This document shows, piece after piece, positions 9,640-19,727 of a DNA stretch of 38,433 nucleotides. Source of the DNA: a virus (Duplodnaviria > Caudoviricetes); the IMG/VR virus record IMGVR_UViG_3300043391_000021, positions 1 to 38,433 of that record; one strand, written 5' to 3'. A program made the position numbers and the translations under genes. The notes below the pieces were generated by a model. That model saw only the letters and a list, made by a program, of their open reading frames with translations. It searched no databases and had not been told where the DNA came from. The first letter of the stretch is position 1; every line of letters starts with the position of its first letter.

Positions 9640-9983
9640 TGGCAATCGCACGGTATGAGAATGCAACAATCAACGAGGTAACAAACGGCGTAGACAGTTT
9701 TGGTCAATACACTACCAACATTGCGCCATTGTTTACTAGCCGTGCTTTAGTTATGGACGTGCGTAACAGCTTAAGAATTTCTGAAAAATACCGTGTATAT
9801 CAGGATTTAGTAAACCTAACGTTTAACTATACGCCTAACATTAAAAAGATTGTCGACGACCAAGAAAAATACAGTATTACGTGGCGCAACAAACAATGGC
9901 GTGTATCAGACGTAATAGAATCAGACGACCGTATGAGAATTACGCTTTTGTGCTATTTTGCTAACCCGACTGCGCCAGTATGA
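9639..9983 (+). CDS. Putative head-closure/stopper protein
   Basis: Position after the adaptor; ITWRNKQWRVSDV beta-rich pattern. Confidence 0.7.
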   Translation: MAIARYENATINEVTNGVDSFGQYTTNIAPLFTSRALVMDVRNSLRISEKYRVYQDLVNLTFNYTPNIKKIVDDQEKYSITWRNKQWRVSDVIESDDRMRITLLCYFANPTAPV

Positions 9984-10402
9984 CAACTCAAAACAATCCT
10001 TCGGTATACGCACAAGCCATACAGTATCAATTGGCAAGCATTATGTCGCCAGTTCCCGTATACGCCAACTTTAATAGGAATTACGCAACACAGCCTAAAT
10101 TTATAACGTGGCAGTTACGTAACATACACCAGCCCGTCTATACAGGGCAAACGCAGTCAAATAAAGGTATTGACCGTCCGATATTTCAAATCAGCATATT
10201 TGCCAAAGAAATGTCAGATGCTTTCAATATGTCAAACAGTATATTACAATCGTTACATGGCTATTCAGGCACGCTGGGTAATCCAGCAACAACTGGGTTT
10301 TTTGTAGCCAAGGCAGATGTAGTATGGCAATACAATAGTTACGACAATGACTTAGGTTTGCATCAAGTGTTCCTAGATTGCACTCTTGATGTGCCAGCAT
10401 AA
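9980..10402 (+). CDS. Putative tail terminator protein
   Basis: PKFITW, FQISIFA motifs; position before tail tube. Confidence 0.7.
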   Translation: MTTQNNPSVYAQAIQYQLASIMSPVPVYANFNRNYATQPKFITWQLRNIHQPVYTGQTQSNKGIDRPIFQISIFAKEMSDAFNMSNSILQSLHGYSGTLGNPATTGFFVAKADVVWQYNSYDNDLGLHQVFLDCTLDVPA

Positions 10403-10441
10403 GATAAGATTCATTAACTTACTTTTAAACGAGGTTTAAAA

Positions 10442-10960
10442 ATGGCACTAATTAATAAGGTACTTCCAGGGTACGTTGCAACCCTTTGGATGCAAGATGA
10501 TGTAACCCCAACTGCTTTTACTGATTCTCAGTTAGGCACATGGTCAAACGTTGAAACTTTAATTGGCACATCTGCTGGCGGTACAGGCACAGCTGGTATG
10601 CAAGTTCCAGTCGAGGCAATCCCAGCTTTTGGTGCAGACGACGCTTCTGCAACATACTCAATCGCTGGCGCACGTACTGGCGCTAAGATTACAACTCAAA
10701 ACCAAGTTACTTCACTAAATATCACTGCGGCATGGAATCCTTCCGATACAGCATTGTTGCAAATCCGTGAAGACGGCTACAACGGCGCTACTATCCGCAC
10801 ATATACTATTGCAGTTTATGATGGTTCAGATACTGTTGCCTATTCATTTAATGCACGTGTAGGTGGCTTGCAATGGGATATGTCACCATCTGCTGAGGGC
10901 AAGTTTACTTTTGTATTGCACCCAGTAGGCGGTAACTCATACGGCTGGTCAAACAGCTAA
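10442..10960 (+). CDS. Tail tube (major tail) protein
   Basis: Size and position; GAGG RBS; followed by a strong terminator. Confidence 0.8.
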   Translation: MALINKVLPGYVATLWMQDDVTPTAFTDSQLGTWSNVETLIGTSAGGTGTAGMQVPVEAIPAFGADDASATYSIAGARTGAKITTQNQVTSLNITAAWNPSDTALLQIREDGYNGATIRTYTIAVYDGSDTVAYSFNARVGGLQWDMSPSAEGKFTFVLHPVGGNSYGWSNS

Positions 10961-10965
10961 CAGGG

Positions 10966-10987
10966 AAGCCCCTTCGGGGGCTTTTTT
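10966..10987 (+). terminator. Intrinsic terminator after tail tube
   Basis: AAGCCCC-TTCG-GGGGCTT followed by a T run. Confidence 0.9.
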
Positions 10988-10991
10988 ATAT

Positions 10992-11228
10992 ATGACAATA
11001 CAAAACAATTCAGACGACTTATTCACATATTTAGTGTTGCAACAGAGTTCGGGCGCAAAAAATTGGTTCGGGTTTACCCAGCAACGTATTACTGGCATCT
11101 ATTTAGCTTACGAAATAGCTAAAAACCACGCCGACAAATTTACACCCGAAGAATGTGCGGACTATGCTTTGAGGCTGAATAATGCAGTCTACAATAAATT
11201 AGTCAAGGGTGAGAATGGCGACAAATAA
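10992..11228 (+). CDS. Hypothetical protein
   Basis: 78-aa ORF in the tail module, overlapping the next gene. Confidence 0.7.
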   Translation: MTIQNNSDDLFTYLVLQQSSGAKNWFGFTQQRITGIYLAYEIAKNHADKFTPEECADYALRLNNAVYNKLVKGENGDK

Positions 11229-11715
11229 CAGAGAAGTCCTAAACGTCCAGTATCGGACGACGGGATTCGACGCATTAGAAGAAGCGCTTAAGCAATTGGG
11301 CGACGACTTTGGCTACGGCGTAGGCGCTAAGAAAGTGCTTGTGCCAGCGGTAAGAGAAGCCATGCGCCCGTGTTTAACTACGGCTAGGGCGTTTATATTG
11401 TCAGGTCCATATAACGAGCAAAACACCACGTCCAAGCACATGGTTGACACTCTTAAACTGCACGCTAGACAGCCAAACAGCAAAGACAAGAAATCATCAT
11501 ATATAGACATGGACGACGTAGCTATGGCTATGGTATCGGTATATACTGACGACCGTGGTATGTCACAAGAGTTCGGAAACGCTAGAGTCCCAGCACAGCC
11601 GTATTTGCGTAGGTCGCTAGAGTTTTCAGCAAGTGCTTGTATCGACCAATTGGAAATGATATTAGGCAGAAAAATACAAGAGTATCGAGCAAAACAAACA
11701 AAGGATAAAACATGA
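11215..11715 (+). CDS. HK97 gp10-like tail completion protein
   Basis: GFDALEEALKQL...QEFGNARVPAQPYLRRSLE. Confidence 0.82.
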   Translation: MATNNREVLNVQYRTTGFDALEEALKQLGDDFGYGVGAKKVLVPAVREAMRPCLTTARAFILSGPYNEQNTTSKHMVDTLKLHARQPNSKDKKSSYIDMDDVAMAMVSVYTDDRGMSQEFGNARVPAQPYLRRSLEFSASACIDQLEMILGRKIQEYRAKQTKDKT

Positions 11716-12185
11716 GCTTTGCACAATCATTAAAAATTAATGCTGATAGCGTACGTATACGCTCTTTTGACTTTAATGGTCAAACAATTAGGGTAAGAGT
11801 TCCCCTAACAGTAGAGGCGGACGCCCTATATGAAAAGATTAAAGAACCATCTGCCGAGCTTGTCAAGCAAAAATACGAAGAATTATCTAAGCCATTATTG
11901 GAAAAACGTAAAGAAATTGAAAAAGCAGATAGCGAAATCAAGTATTTGGCAGATGATATTGTGCTTGCTGGCACGTCAATTAAGGAATTGGCTAAGTCAC
12001 AAGCCGAGGGCGAAACCCGTATTTTGGAAACATTTAGGCTTTTAGTCCCAGCAGACGGCAAAGATATGTCGACTTTGACATACAAAGAAATTAATGCGGA
12101 CTTGCCTTTGCCTATCCAGCTTGAATTGGTTAAAAAGATTTCTGAGGTTATTAGTCCAAATTACGAGGAAAGCCGAAAAAACTAA
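11712..12185 (+). CDS. Tail assembly chaperone (gpG-like)
   Basis: Upstream of tape measure; ends in the slippery sequence CGA AAA AAC TAA. Confidence 0.8.
   Translation: MSFAQSLKINADSVRIRSFDFNGQTIRVRVPLTVEADALYEKIKEPSAELVKQKYEELSKPLLEKRKEIEKADSEIKYLADDIVLAGTSIKELAKSQAEGETRILETFRLLVPADGKDMSTLTYKEINADLPLPIQLELVKKISEVISPNYEESRKN
12176..12182 (+). other. -1 programmed frameshift site A-AAA-AAC
   Basis: X-XXY-YYZ heptamer directly before the stop; -1 frame open from 12182 to 12523. Confidence 0.85.
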
Positions 12186-12523
12186 TAGGCTCCGTACGTA
12201 ATCAAGTTAGAGCTTACATGATTGCGCACGGGGCAGACCCTGACAATTTAGACGAACAAACGTTTAGGGAGATATGCGTAATGTATTCCGACGGGGTAAT
12301 TGGCAACGGTTTAGTAATTGAAACGCTAGGCAATTTGACTGCTGGCGTATACAATTACATGAGGTCAAGTAGCTCGCAAGCGTATACCCTGAAAAACATT
12401 ATCGGTCGGTCGTATGAGTACCTTTACCCGCCACAAGACACTACAAAATCAGTAAACGAATCTTTACTGGCTTATGTCAGTCAAGCTAAAGGATTTAACC
12501 CGAACAGGTTTAAGGTGAAATAA
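12182..12523 (+). CDS. Tail assembly chaperone, frameshift extension (gpT-like)
   Basis: CTA ATA GGC TCC GTA CGT... runs in frame into ATG 12218, which lacks a clear RBS. Confidence 0.8.
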   Translation, partial: LIGSVRNQVRAYMIAHGADPDNLDEQTFREICVMYSDGVIGNGLVIETLGNLTAGVYNYMRSSSSQAYTLKNIIGRSYEYLYPPQDTTKSVNESLLAYVSQAKGFNPNRFKVK

Positions 12524-14406
12524 TGGCTCAAAGTATTCTTGCACGGCTAGGCGTTGTAATGACTGTAAACTCTGCGGAGTTTAAAAAGGGACTGGACGAC
12601 GCAACCCGTGAATCAAAAGCTTTTCAGGCAGAGCTAAAACGTCAGAATAACGAATCAAAAAAGTTTGCGGCAGACGTTGGCTCGGCTTTTACTAAAATTG
12701 GCACGGTAGTAGCTATTGCTGGTGCGGCAATTTATAAGGCTTTTTCTTACGCAGACCAAATTAAAGATACAGCAGATGCGCTAGATATGACCGTTGGTTC
12801 ATTAATGCGTATGCAAGTGGCATTTGAAGGCGCTGGTGGTGAAGCCGACAAGATGGGCGCTTTGCTTAATAAGCTAAACATTAACCAAGATAAAGCAAAA
12901 GAAGGTGCGGATAACGTCCGTGAAGCGTTTGACCGATTGGGTATTGCTGGCGGTGAGGTCGAAAACCTTGCAATTGATAAGCTGTTCGAAAGGGTAGCGT
13001 TTGAATTATCAAAAATAGATGAACCAGCAAAACGTAACGCTTTAGCATTTGAGATTTTAGGAAAAGCCGCACGTGGCACAAACTGGAAAGCATATTGGGA
13101 AGATTACAGTAAGGGAGAAAATGCAAGCAAAAACGTTTCTGAAGCCTTAGAAGCTGGCGCTCAAGCATGGGATAACTTAAAGCGTGCTGGCACTATGGCT
13201 TTAAACGCTATCTTAGTTCTAGCCAAGCCATTAGCTGATTTAATTAACGGATTTGCCGAAGCGGTAAGTCGCAATAAAGAAGCTGGCAGAACGGATACAT
13301 ATACGCCAGCTTTTAACCAAGCAAAAGGCGAATTAGAAAAGCGTGATGATTATCTAAAATCTAGCCTAAAAGTCCGTCGTGAAATGCTTGAATTAAGAAT
13401 TAAAGAAATTCAAGCAGAAAAAGAAATGGCTAAGGCAACTGGTAGCGGAACAACTGGGGCAAGTGGAACAGGCGGTGGATATAAAAATGCCAGCACAAAA
13501 GACCAAGGCGCCATACGTGAACGTGCCGCATTATCTGAGGCTTTTAAAATACGAGTAGAGCAGTTAAGCACCGTTGGCAAACAAATTGCAAGAGAAACTG
13601 AATTGATTGGTTTAAACGAGCAAGAAGCCGAGCGCAAAAAACTACGTTGGGCGTTTGAAGATGAAAACTTAAAAATGCAACTTGACCTACAAAAGCAAAT
13701 TGAGCTAGAAAAAGCCAAGGGTAAAGATGCGGATTTAACTAAAATTCAAATGCTTAAAGACCAAGCAGTTGCTTACGGCGTTTTAATTGACATGGCTAAA
13801 ACTGCAACAGAAGCAGAATTAAGAGATAAAGAAGCAAAAATCCGCACACAGCAAATTCTTACCAATACTGAGCGTCAAGGCTTGGACCAAATGGTAAATA
13901 ATTTTCAAGTGCTAGGGCAACAAAGTCGCAAAGCTTTTGCCGCATGGAAAGCGTTTAGTATTGTCCAAACTATTATTGATACATACTCAGGTGCGCAAAA
14001 AGCCTTTACTTCTATGGCGGGCATACCAATTGTTGGTCCAGCATTAGGTATGGCAGCTGCGGCAGTCGCAATTGGCGCTGGTATGGCTAGAGTGCAAATG
14101 ATACGTAGCCAGCAATATCAAGGTCGTCAACGAGGCGGTTCGATTGTTGCTAATACGCCCTATATGGTTGGTGAGGCGGGACCCGAATTAGTTATCCCGC
14201 ATAAAGGCGGAACAGTTATTCCTAATAACCAGCTTTCTAGTGCAATGGGTGGTATGGGTGGCGGTGTGGTTTATAACGGACCATATATTGCGAATATGTC
14301 GGCAATTGATACCCAATCTGCTATGCAATTTTTAGCCAAAAACAAAGAAGGCGTATGGGCGGCAAACCAATCTGCTAGTCGTTCAATGCCAGCATCGAGG
14401 TCATAA
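12523..14406 (+). CDS. Tape measure protein
   Basis: LGVVMTVNSAEFKKGL start, helical body, C-terminal PYMVGEAGPELVIP. Confidence 0.93.
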   Translation: MAQSILARLGVVMTVNSAEFKKGLDDATRESKAFQAELKRQNNESKKFAADVGSAFTKIGTVVAIAGAAIYKAFSYADQIKDTADALDMTVGSLMRMQVAFEGAGGEADKMGALLNKLNINQDKAKEGADNVREAFDRLGIAGGEVENLAIDKLFERVAFELSKIDEPAKRNALAFEILGKAARGTNWKAYWEDYSKGENASKNVSEALEAGAQAWDNLKRAGTMALNAILVLAKPLADLINGFAEAVSRNKEAGRTDTYTPAFNQAKGELEKRDDYLKSSLKVRREMLELRIKEIQAEKEMAKATGSGTTGASGTGGGYKNASTKDQGAIRERAALSEAFKIRVEQLSTVGKQIARETELIGLNEQEAERKKLRWAFEDENLKMQLDLQKQIELEKAKGKDADLTKIQMLKDQAVAYGVLIDMAKTATEAELRDKEAKIRTQQILTNTERQGLDQMVNNFQVLGQQSRKAFAAWKAFSIVQTIIDTYSGAQKAFTSMAGIPIVGPALGMAAAAVAIGAGMARVQMIRSQQYQGRQRGGSIVANTPYMVGEAGPELVIPHKGGTVIPNNQLSSAMGGMGGGVVYNGPYIANMSAIDTQSAMQFLAKNKEGVWAANQSASRSMPASRS

Positions 14407-15089
14407 TGAGCTTAAACCAAATACTAGCTATTAGCGAATCTGTATCTATTTCAGACCATAGGTTTGTGGGGCAAATGCTTTCACGCAACCAGCGTATTAG
14501 CACAAGCGAAATCCTTACAGTAGTTCCGTTTGAGTTTGGGTTAAGACCAATGAGCTATTTAAGATACAGCGAAAACCGTGCGTTATTAAATAGCTTGCGC
14601 ATTCCTGATAAAGCCTTGGAACAATACTTAAATTTTGGCACGACTGGCTGGAAAAGCTACATTAAATACCAAGGCACTATGACTTCAGGCGAAATAGCCG
14701 TTTCTAAATGGCAAACAACTTCCGCTAATAAAGTATTGGTGCTTGGTGACTTTCCGCTTTCAGTAACGTCAGGTGATTATGTTGTGCGCCAAGGTGATTT
14801 TTGTCAGGTTGGCAGATATTCATATATGGCAACGGCTGACGTATTAAGAGGCACAGGCTCAACGGTAGAGATTCCAGTTCATAGAAACTTAATTGACGAA
14901 GTAATAAGCCCAATTTTTGCCGTTATTGGTGAATATGGCACAACTGTTGCTATGGGCGGTGACACGTATACAGGTATTACATTCCCAGTTATTTTGCGTG
15001 ACTTCCCAACGTATACAATGATTCCTATTGCAAACGACAGCTTTATACAATGGTCGGGCGAATTTAAAGCAATCGAAAGCGTGTTATGA
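14406..15089 (+). CDS. Putative distal tail protein
   Basis: Directly after tape measure; beta-rich. Confidence 0.6.
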   Translation: MSLNQILAISESVSISDHRFVGQMLSRNQRISTSEILTVVPFEFGLRPMSYLRYSENRALLNSLRIPDKALEQYLNFGTTGWKSYIKYQGTMTSGEIAVSKWQTTSANKVLVLGDFPLSVTSGDYVVRQGDFCQVGRYSYMATADVLRGTGSTVEIPVHRNLIDEVISPIFAVIGEYGTTVAMGGDTYTGITFPVILRDFPTYTMIPIANDSFIQWSGEFKAIESVL

Positions 15090-15679
15090 ACGTAATAGCG
15101 CCAGTCGACAATACCAATAACATTAGATACGCAGACTTTGTGCGTGTAACAACGCCGTCGGCAACTTATCGGTTTGCTACAACGCCTAGCGCATTAACTA
15201 TTCCTGAAGTCGATGCGCAACCGTTTAATGCCGTTGGCACATTAATTAAATGCGGTGATGCGCAAAGGGATATTAAGTCTACGGCTAACGAAACCAGTTT
15301 TACATTGGTCGGTATTGATACGGCTATGCTGGGTTGGATTCTTAGTCAAAACGTTAAAGGTTGTCAAATTGAAGCGTGGCACGGGTTTTTCAATACAGAA
15401 GGCGAGCTAATTACAACGGGTGGCGTAGGCGGTTTGTATCAGTTTTTTAACGGGTTTATTAACTCATTCACAATTAGCGAACAATGGATGGAAGAAGCAC
15501 GTTCTTTTGTGGGCGTGATTACCGTAAGCGCTTCAGCTATACAGGTTATTTTGCAAAACAGAACGGCTGGTAGATATACAAACAACAATGCGTGGCAATT
15601 CTTTAATGCTGGGGATACTAGCATGGACAGAGTGGCATTTATAACAAACGTAAACTATTTGTTTGGCAAAAAAAATTGA
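15086..15679 (+). CDS. Putative tail-tip hub protein (gpL/DUF2163-like)
   Basis: TSFTLVGID, FFNGFIN, RYTN...GDTSM pattern; position. Confidence 0.65.
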   Translation: MNVIAPVDNTNNIRYADFVRVTTPSATYRFATTPSALTIPEVDAQPFNAVGTLIKCGDAQRDIKSTANETSFTLVGIDTAMLGWILSQNVKGCQIEAWHGFFNTEGELITTGGVGGLYQFFNGFINSFTISEQWMEEARSFVGVITVSASAIQVILQNRTAGRYTNNNAWQFFNAGDTSMDRVAFITNVNYLFGKKN

Positions 15680-16110
15680 TTAGATTAGCAACAAAATACG
15701 ACAAAACACAAATTATTGAGATGATGAAATGCTTTCGTGCGGAAAGCAAGATTGAGCATTACAAAGATTTAGATAATGTTGAGTATTGGAATAAGTTACT
15801 TGACAATATATTTGCTGGCGCTGGCGTAATTTACATTGAAGATAATGTTGGGTTAATTATGGGATTGATTACCCCGACAATATGGTGCAACAAAACATTA
15901 GCATTACATGAATTGGCTTGGTGGGTAAAACCTGAGCATAGAAACGGAACGGTAGGTTACAGGCTGTTAAAAGCATACGTTGATTATGGTAAGCAATTAA
16001 AGGCAGACGGGCGCATTAAAATGTTTACCATAACCAAAATGGTTACAAGTCCCGACATTAAGTATCAGAAGTTTGGATTTAGCAAATTAGACGAGAATTG
16101 GGTGCAGTAA
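15676..16110 (+). CDS. GNAT-family acyltransferase in the tail module
   Basis: MIRLATKYD start; ELAWWVKPEHRNGTVGYRLL (motif A); YQKFGF (motif B). Confidence 0.85.
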   Translation: MIRLATKYDKTQIIEMMKCFRAESKIEHYKDLDNVEYWNKLLDNIFAGAGVIYIEDNVGLIMGLITPTIWCNKTLALHELAWWVKPEHRNGTVGYRLLKAYVDYGKQLKADGRIKMFTITKMVTSPDIKYQKFGFSKLDENWVQ

Positions 16111-19100
16111 TGAATAAGAAAATACTTGCTTTTGTAACACTTGCGACGCTTGCAACACCAGCGTTTAGTGCGGCAACCATTATTACTGCGGCAGTTATTG
16201 GTGGCTCTTTGTATGCTGGCGCTAGTATTGCGGTGGCTATTGCAATTGGTATTGTGGCATCAGCGGTTATATCAAAAGCGTTTCAAGTCCCAACTGGATA
16301 CGACCCTTCAGGCGCATCATCAAACCTTGGCAACAGGCAACAAATCCCGCCAGCAACCGATAACAAATTGCCAGTAGTTTATGGTTCGGCATGGCTAGGT
16401 GGCACAGTCACAGATTTAAGTATTACGTCAGATAACCAAGTCATTTATTACGTAATGGCTTTGTGCGAGGTAACAAATACACCCAGTTCAGCGCCCGACA
16501 CTATTACTTTTGGAGATGTTTACTGGGGCGGGAAAAAATGCGTATTTGATACCGTTGACGCAACTAAAGTAAACCAATTACTTGACGAATCAACTGGAGA
16601 AACAGAACAGATTGACGGCAAGATTAAAATTTATTTATACAGAAATGGCTCAAACAGCCCAGCAAACTCTGCGCAATCAGCTATATCTGTAATGCAAGAT
16701 TCCAACTTAATTTATAAGTGGGACAGCACCAAACTAATGAGCAATTGTGCTTTTGCTATTGTAAGACTTGAATACAATTCCGACGCTGGCACAACAAGTT
16801 TACAGCAGACAAAATTTAAAATTAATAATAGCCGTTATCAGGTAGGCGATTGTTTTTACGACTATCTTACGAATACTCGTTACGGCTGTGCTATTCCGCT
16901 AAGTCAAATAAACAACGCAAGCCTTAGCGAATTAAACTCATACGCCAACGAAAACTTTACCTATACGACTTACAACGGCGTTACAACTACTCAGGCACGC
17001 TTTAGGTTTGACGGCGTAATAGAAACTAACCGTGTGGTTATGTCTAACTTACAAGATATGGCATCTTGTTGCGATTGCCTTATTAAATACAATGAGATTA
17101 CGGCTCAATGGGGCGTAATTGTTCAAAAGCCTACGTATGACGTGGCTATGGAAATCAACGACAGCAACATGGTTTCAGCTATTAGCATTAGCCCAATTGA
17201 CCTTGCTGGCTCGTATAACATTGCCGAAGTTAAGTATCCTGACAGCACGAACCAAGACGCTTTTGCATCTGCAACATACGACTTGGCACAGATTGACCCG
17301 TCTTTACTATTGCCAAACGAACCAGTAAACAAGCAGACAATTAATCTGCCATTAGTGAACAATGATGTGCGTGCGCAATATCTAGTAAACAGATTCTTAA
17401 AATCCGCTCGTGAGGATTTACAAGTCCAAGTAACTGTTAACTTTGTAGGTATTCAACTTGAGGCTGGCGACATTGTTACGGTTACTAACAGTAATTATGG
17501 CTGGGTAGATAAACCGTTTAGGGTTAACCGTGTTACCGAAAGCTTTGCTGACGACGGCGCTGTAACGGCAAAACTTAACCTTTCCGAGTTTAATGCAACC
17601 GTTTATGACGACGTGCCTATTACTCAATTTACGCCAGCGTCCAATACAGGTATTAGTAGCCCTACAACGTTTGGGACAGTCCCAGCGCCAGTAATTAGTT
17701 CTCAGCAACCTAATTCAGCTAACCCGTCATTTAACGTAAGCGTAACAACTTCTAGTGGCGGTATTAGCCAATATGCCGAAGTTTGGTATTCAGCTTTTGC
17801 CAATCCGACAGACAGCCAACGCATCTTTGCTGGCACAACTGCTATTCAATCAAGCGGAACACCTTACGCACCTAATACCGTAATACCTGACGTAACATTA
17901 AACAACATACCTTCGGGCAACTGGTATTTCTTTAGCCGTATGGTTAACAGTCTTGCTAATTCACAATTTAGCCCAGCCAGCACATTGTTTGCATGGAAAC
18001 CGACAACTGCGCAATACGCACAACGTTGGTTGGTGGTCGCTTATGCGGACAGCGTTACTGGCTCAGGGTTTACAACTAACCCCCGTAACAAGTCTTACTA
18101 TGGTTTAGTTAACGCAAGCACGTCTACGCCTATTAGTAACCCAGCGCTATACACATGGTATCTAGCAAACCCTACTTTTGGCACAGACAACTATTTATTA
18201 TTTAATAATAGGACTGGCAGACGATTTAGTTTTGCAACTGGCACGGCTGGATACGCTGGCGGAACTGGCGCATACGTACCAACTCAAACTGATATATACG
18301 ACCCGTCTACATGGTCGGCTTTACCTGACGGCACCAATTACATAGACCTAGACCGACGCACAGGACAGCTTACAGAAACTGGCACAACAACGGTCGGCAC
18401 GGGTGAGATTCAAGTTAAAAACAATGCCGACGGGCGCATTGTAGCTTCTTTAGCCGCAATTCCAGCTTTGCAGTCATTGGCTGGTGGCGCTGGCACATAT
18501 ACGGCTACCGTAGCCAAGTTAACCATTGACATATACGGACGTGTATTAGGCTTTGAACCGCCTGACGACTTTGACTACACGACCCAGCAATTTAATGCGG
18601 CTAGCGGGCAGACCGTTTTTACAGTAACCCGTGGTTCTGATTACTTAATTAATAACTGCTTTGTATTCCAAAACGGCGTGCTTTTAGATGAATCTGACTA
18701 TACGGATACGGGCGGGTCAACTGGCACAGTTACCCTAGATACTGGCGCTTTATTGGGCGACATTATTACAATTATTTCAATGAAATCAGTTAATTTAATA
18801 ACGGGTGTATATAACTCATTTACACGTGAGGTCGTTTCTTTAACTGCGGCAAGCGAATATACTGCGTCAGGGTTTACGCTAGTAAGCGGTTACGAGTTAC
18901 TATTCCTTAACGGCACAGTAGTTAACGACCAAGATTACGATATTGTCGGGCAGACTATTACAAACTTCCCTGACTTGGTAACTGGCGAATTAACAATTAT
19001 TCAATGGTCAAACAATAACCTCAATATCCAAAACGGTAGCCCAATTAACGAGGTAACAAACTCTGTAATAGGTCAAGACACTTACCCGTTTAGCTATGTA

Positions 19101-19253
19101 GCCGACGCTTTGAATATCTACCAAAACGGTGTATTATTGGACTCAGACACGGACTATACTGCTGGTTTTGGCGCATATACTTTATCAAATACGCCTACGG
19201 ACATTAATCAGATATTGTTGCAACAAACATTTAACAGAACGGGTGCAGTATGA
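16110..19253 (+). CDS. Tip attachment/central fibre protein (gpJ-like)
   Basis: LPVVYG, DYLTNTRYG, LEAGDIVTV, FN3-like region; ATG 16110 coupled to the GNAT stop (TAATG). Confidence 0.88.
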   Translation: MNKKILAFVTLATLATPAFSAATIITAAVIGGSLYAGASIAVAIAIGIVASAVISKAFQVPTGYDPSGASSNLGNRQQIPPATDNKLPVVYGSAWLGGTVTDLSITSDNQVIYYVMALCEVTNTPSSAPDTITFGDVYWGGKKCVFDTVDATKVNQLLDESTGETEQIDGKIKIYLYRNGSNSPANSAQSAISVMQDSNLIYKWDSTKLMSNCAFAIVRLEYNSDAGTTSLQQTKFKINNSRYQVGDCFYDYLTNTRYGCAIPLSQINNASLSELNSYANENFTYTTYNGVTTTQARFRFDGVIETNRVVMSNLQDMASCCDCLIKYNEITAQWGVIVQKPTYDVAMEINDSNMVSAISISPIDLAGSYNIAEVKYPDSTNQDAFASATYDLAQIDPSLLLPNEPVNKQTINLPLVNNDVRAQYLVNRFLKSAREDLQVQVTVNFVGIQLEAGDIVTVTNSNYGWVDKPFRVNRVTESFADDGAVTAKLNLSEFNATVYDDVPITQFTPASNTGISSPTTFGTVPAPVISSQQPNSANPSFNVSVTTSSGGISQYAEVWYSAFANPTDSQRIFAGTTAIQSSGTPYAPNTVIPDVTLNNIPSGNWYFFSRMVNSLANSQFSPASTLFAWKPTTAQYAQRWLVVAYADSVTGSGFTTNPRNKSYYGLVNASTSTPISNPALYTWYLANPTFGTDNYLLFNNRTGRRFSFATGTAGYAGGTGAYVPTQTDIYDPSTWSALPDGTNYIDLDRRTGQLTETGTTTVGTGEIQVKNNADGRIVASLAAIPALQSLAGGAGTYTATVAKLTIDIYGRVLGFEPPDDFDYTTQQFNAASGQTVFTVTRGSDYLINNCFVFQNGVLLDESDYTDTGGSTGTVTLDTGALLGDIITIISMKSVNLITGVYNSFTREVVSLTAASEYTASGFTLVSGYELLFLNGTVVNDQDYDIVGQTITNFPDLVTGELTIIQWSNNNLNIQNGSPINEVTNSVIGQDTYPFSYVADALNIYQNGVLLDSDTDYTAGFGAYTLSNTPTDINQILLQQTFNRTGAV

Positions 19254-19717
19254 CGCAAGCATTTAATCTAAGTCAGGTAGCCAATAATGCTAACGCCAGC
19301 GGGCAAATAGATGCGTCTGCTGGGCTTTTTAACGCAGTCCAAGTGGCTAACGGTGGCACTGGCGCTACGACAGCTACAAACGGTAAAATAGGTTTACAAG
19401 TAATCACCTCTGCTACTGGCTCTGAAATTTTGCCAGTCGGCACAACGGCTCAACGTGACGGAACACCTCAAGCTGGTTACATACGCTTTAATAGTGACTT
19501 TACCAGCTTTGAGGGATACAATGGCTCTGCATGGGGGTCAATTGGTGCGGGCGCAAAAGGTGGTGGAAATAACCAAGTATTCTTTGAGAATGACCAAACC
19601 GTAACAAGTAATTATACAATTACAGCAAATAAAAACGCTATGAGCGCTGGTCCGATAACAGTAGACACGGGCGTTACGGTAACTATACCGACTGATTGTA
19701 ATTGGATTATTGTATAA
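19250..19717 (+). CDS. Tail fibre-associated protein
   Basis: VANGGTGA, LPVGTTAQR..GYIRFN..FEGYNGSAW, C-terminal SAGPIT...NWIIV module. Confidence 0.7.
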   Translation: MTQAFNLSQVANNANASGQIDASAGLFNAVQVANGGTGATTATNGKIGLQVITSATGSEILPVGTTAQRDGTPQAGYIRFNSDFTSFEGYNGSAWGSIGAGAKGGGNNQVFFENDQTVTSNYTITANKNAMSAGPITVDTGVTVTIPTDCNWIIV

Positions 19718-19727
19718 AGGATAAATT

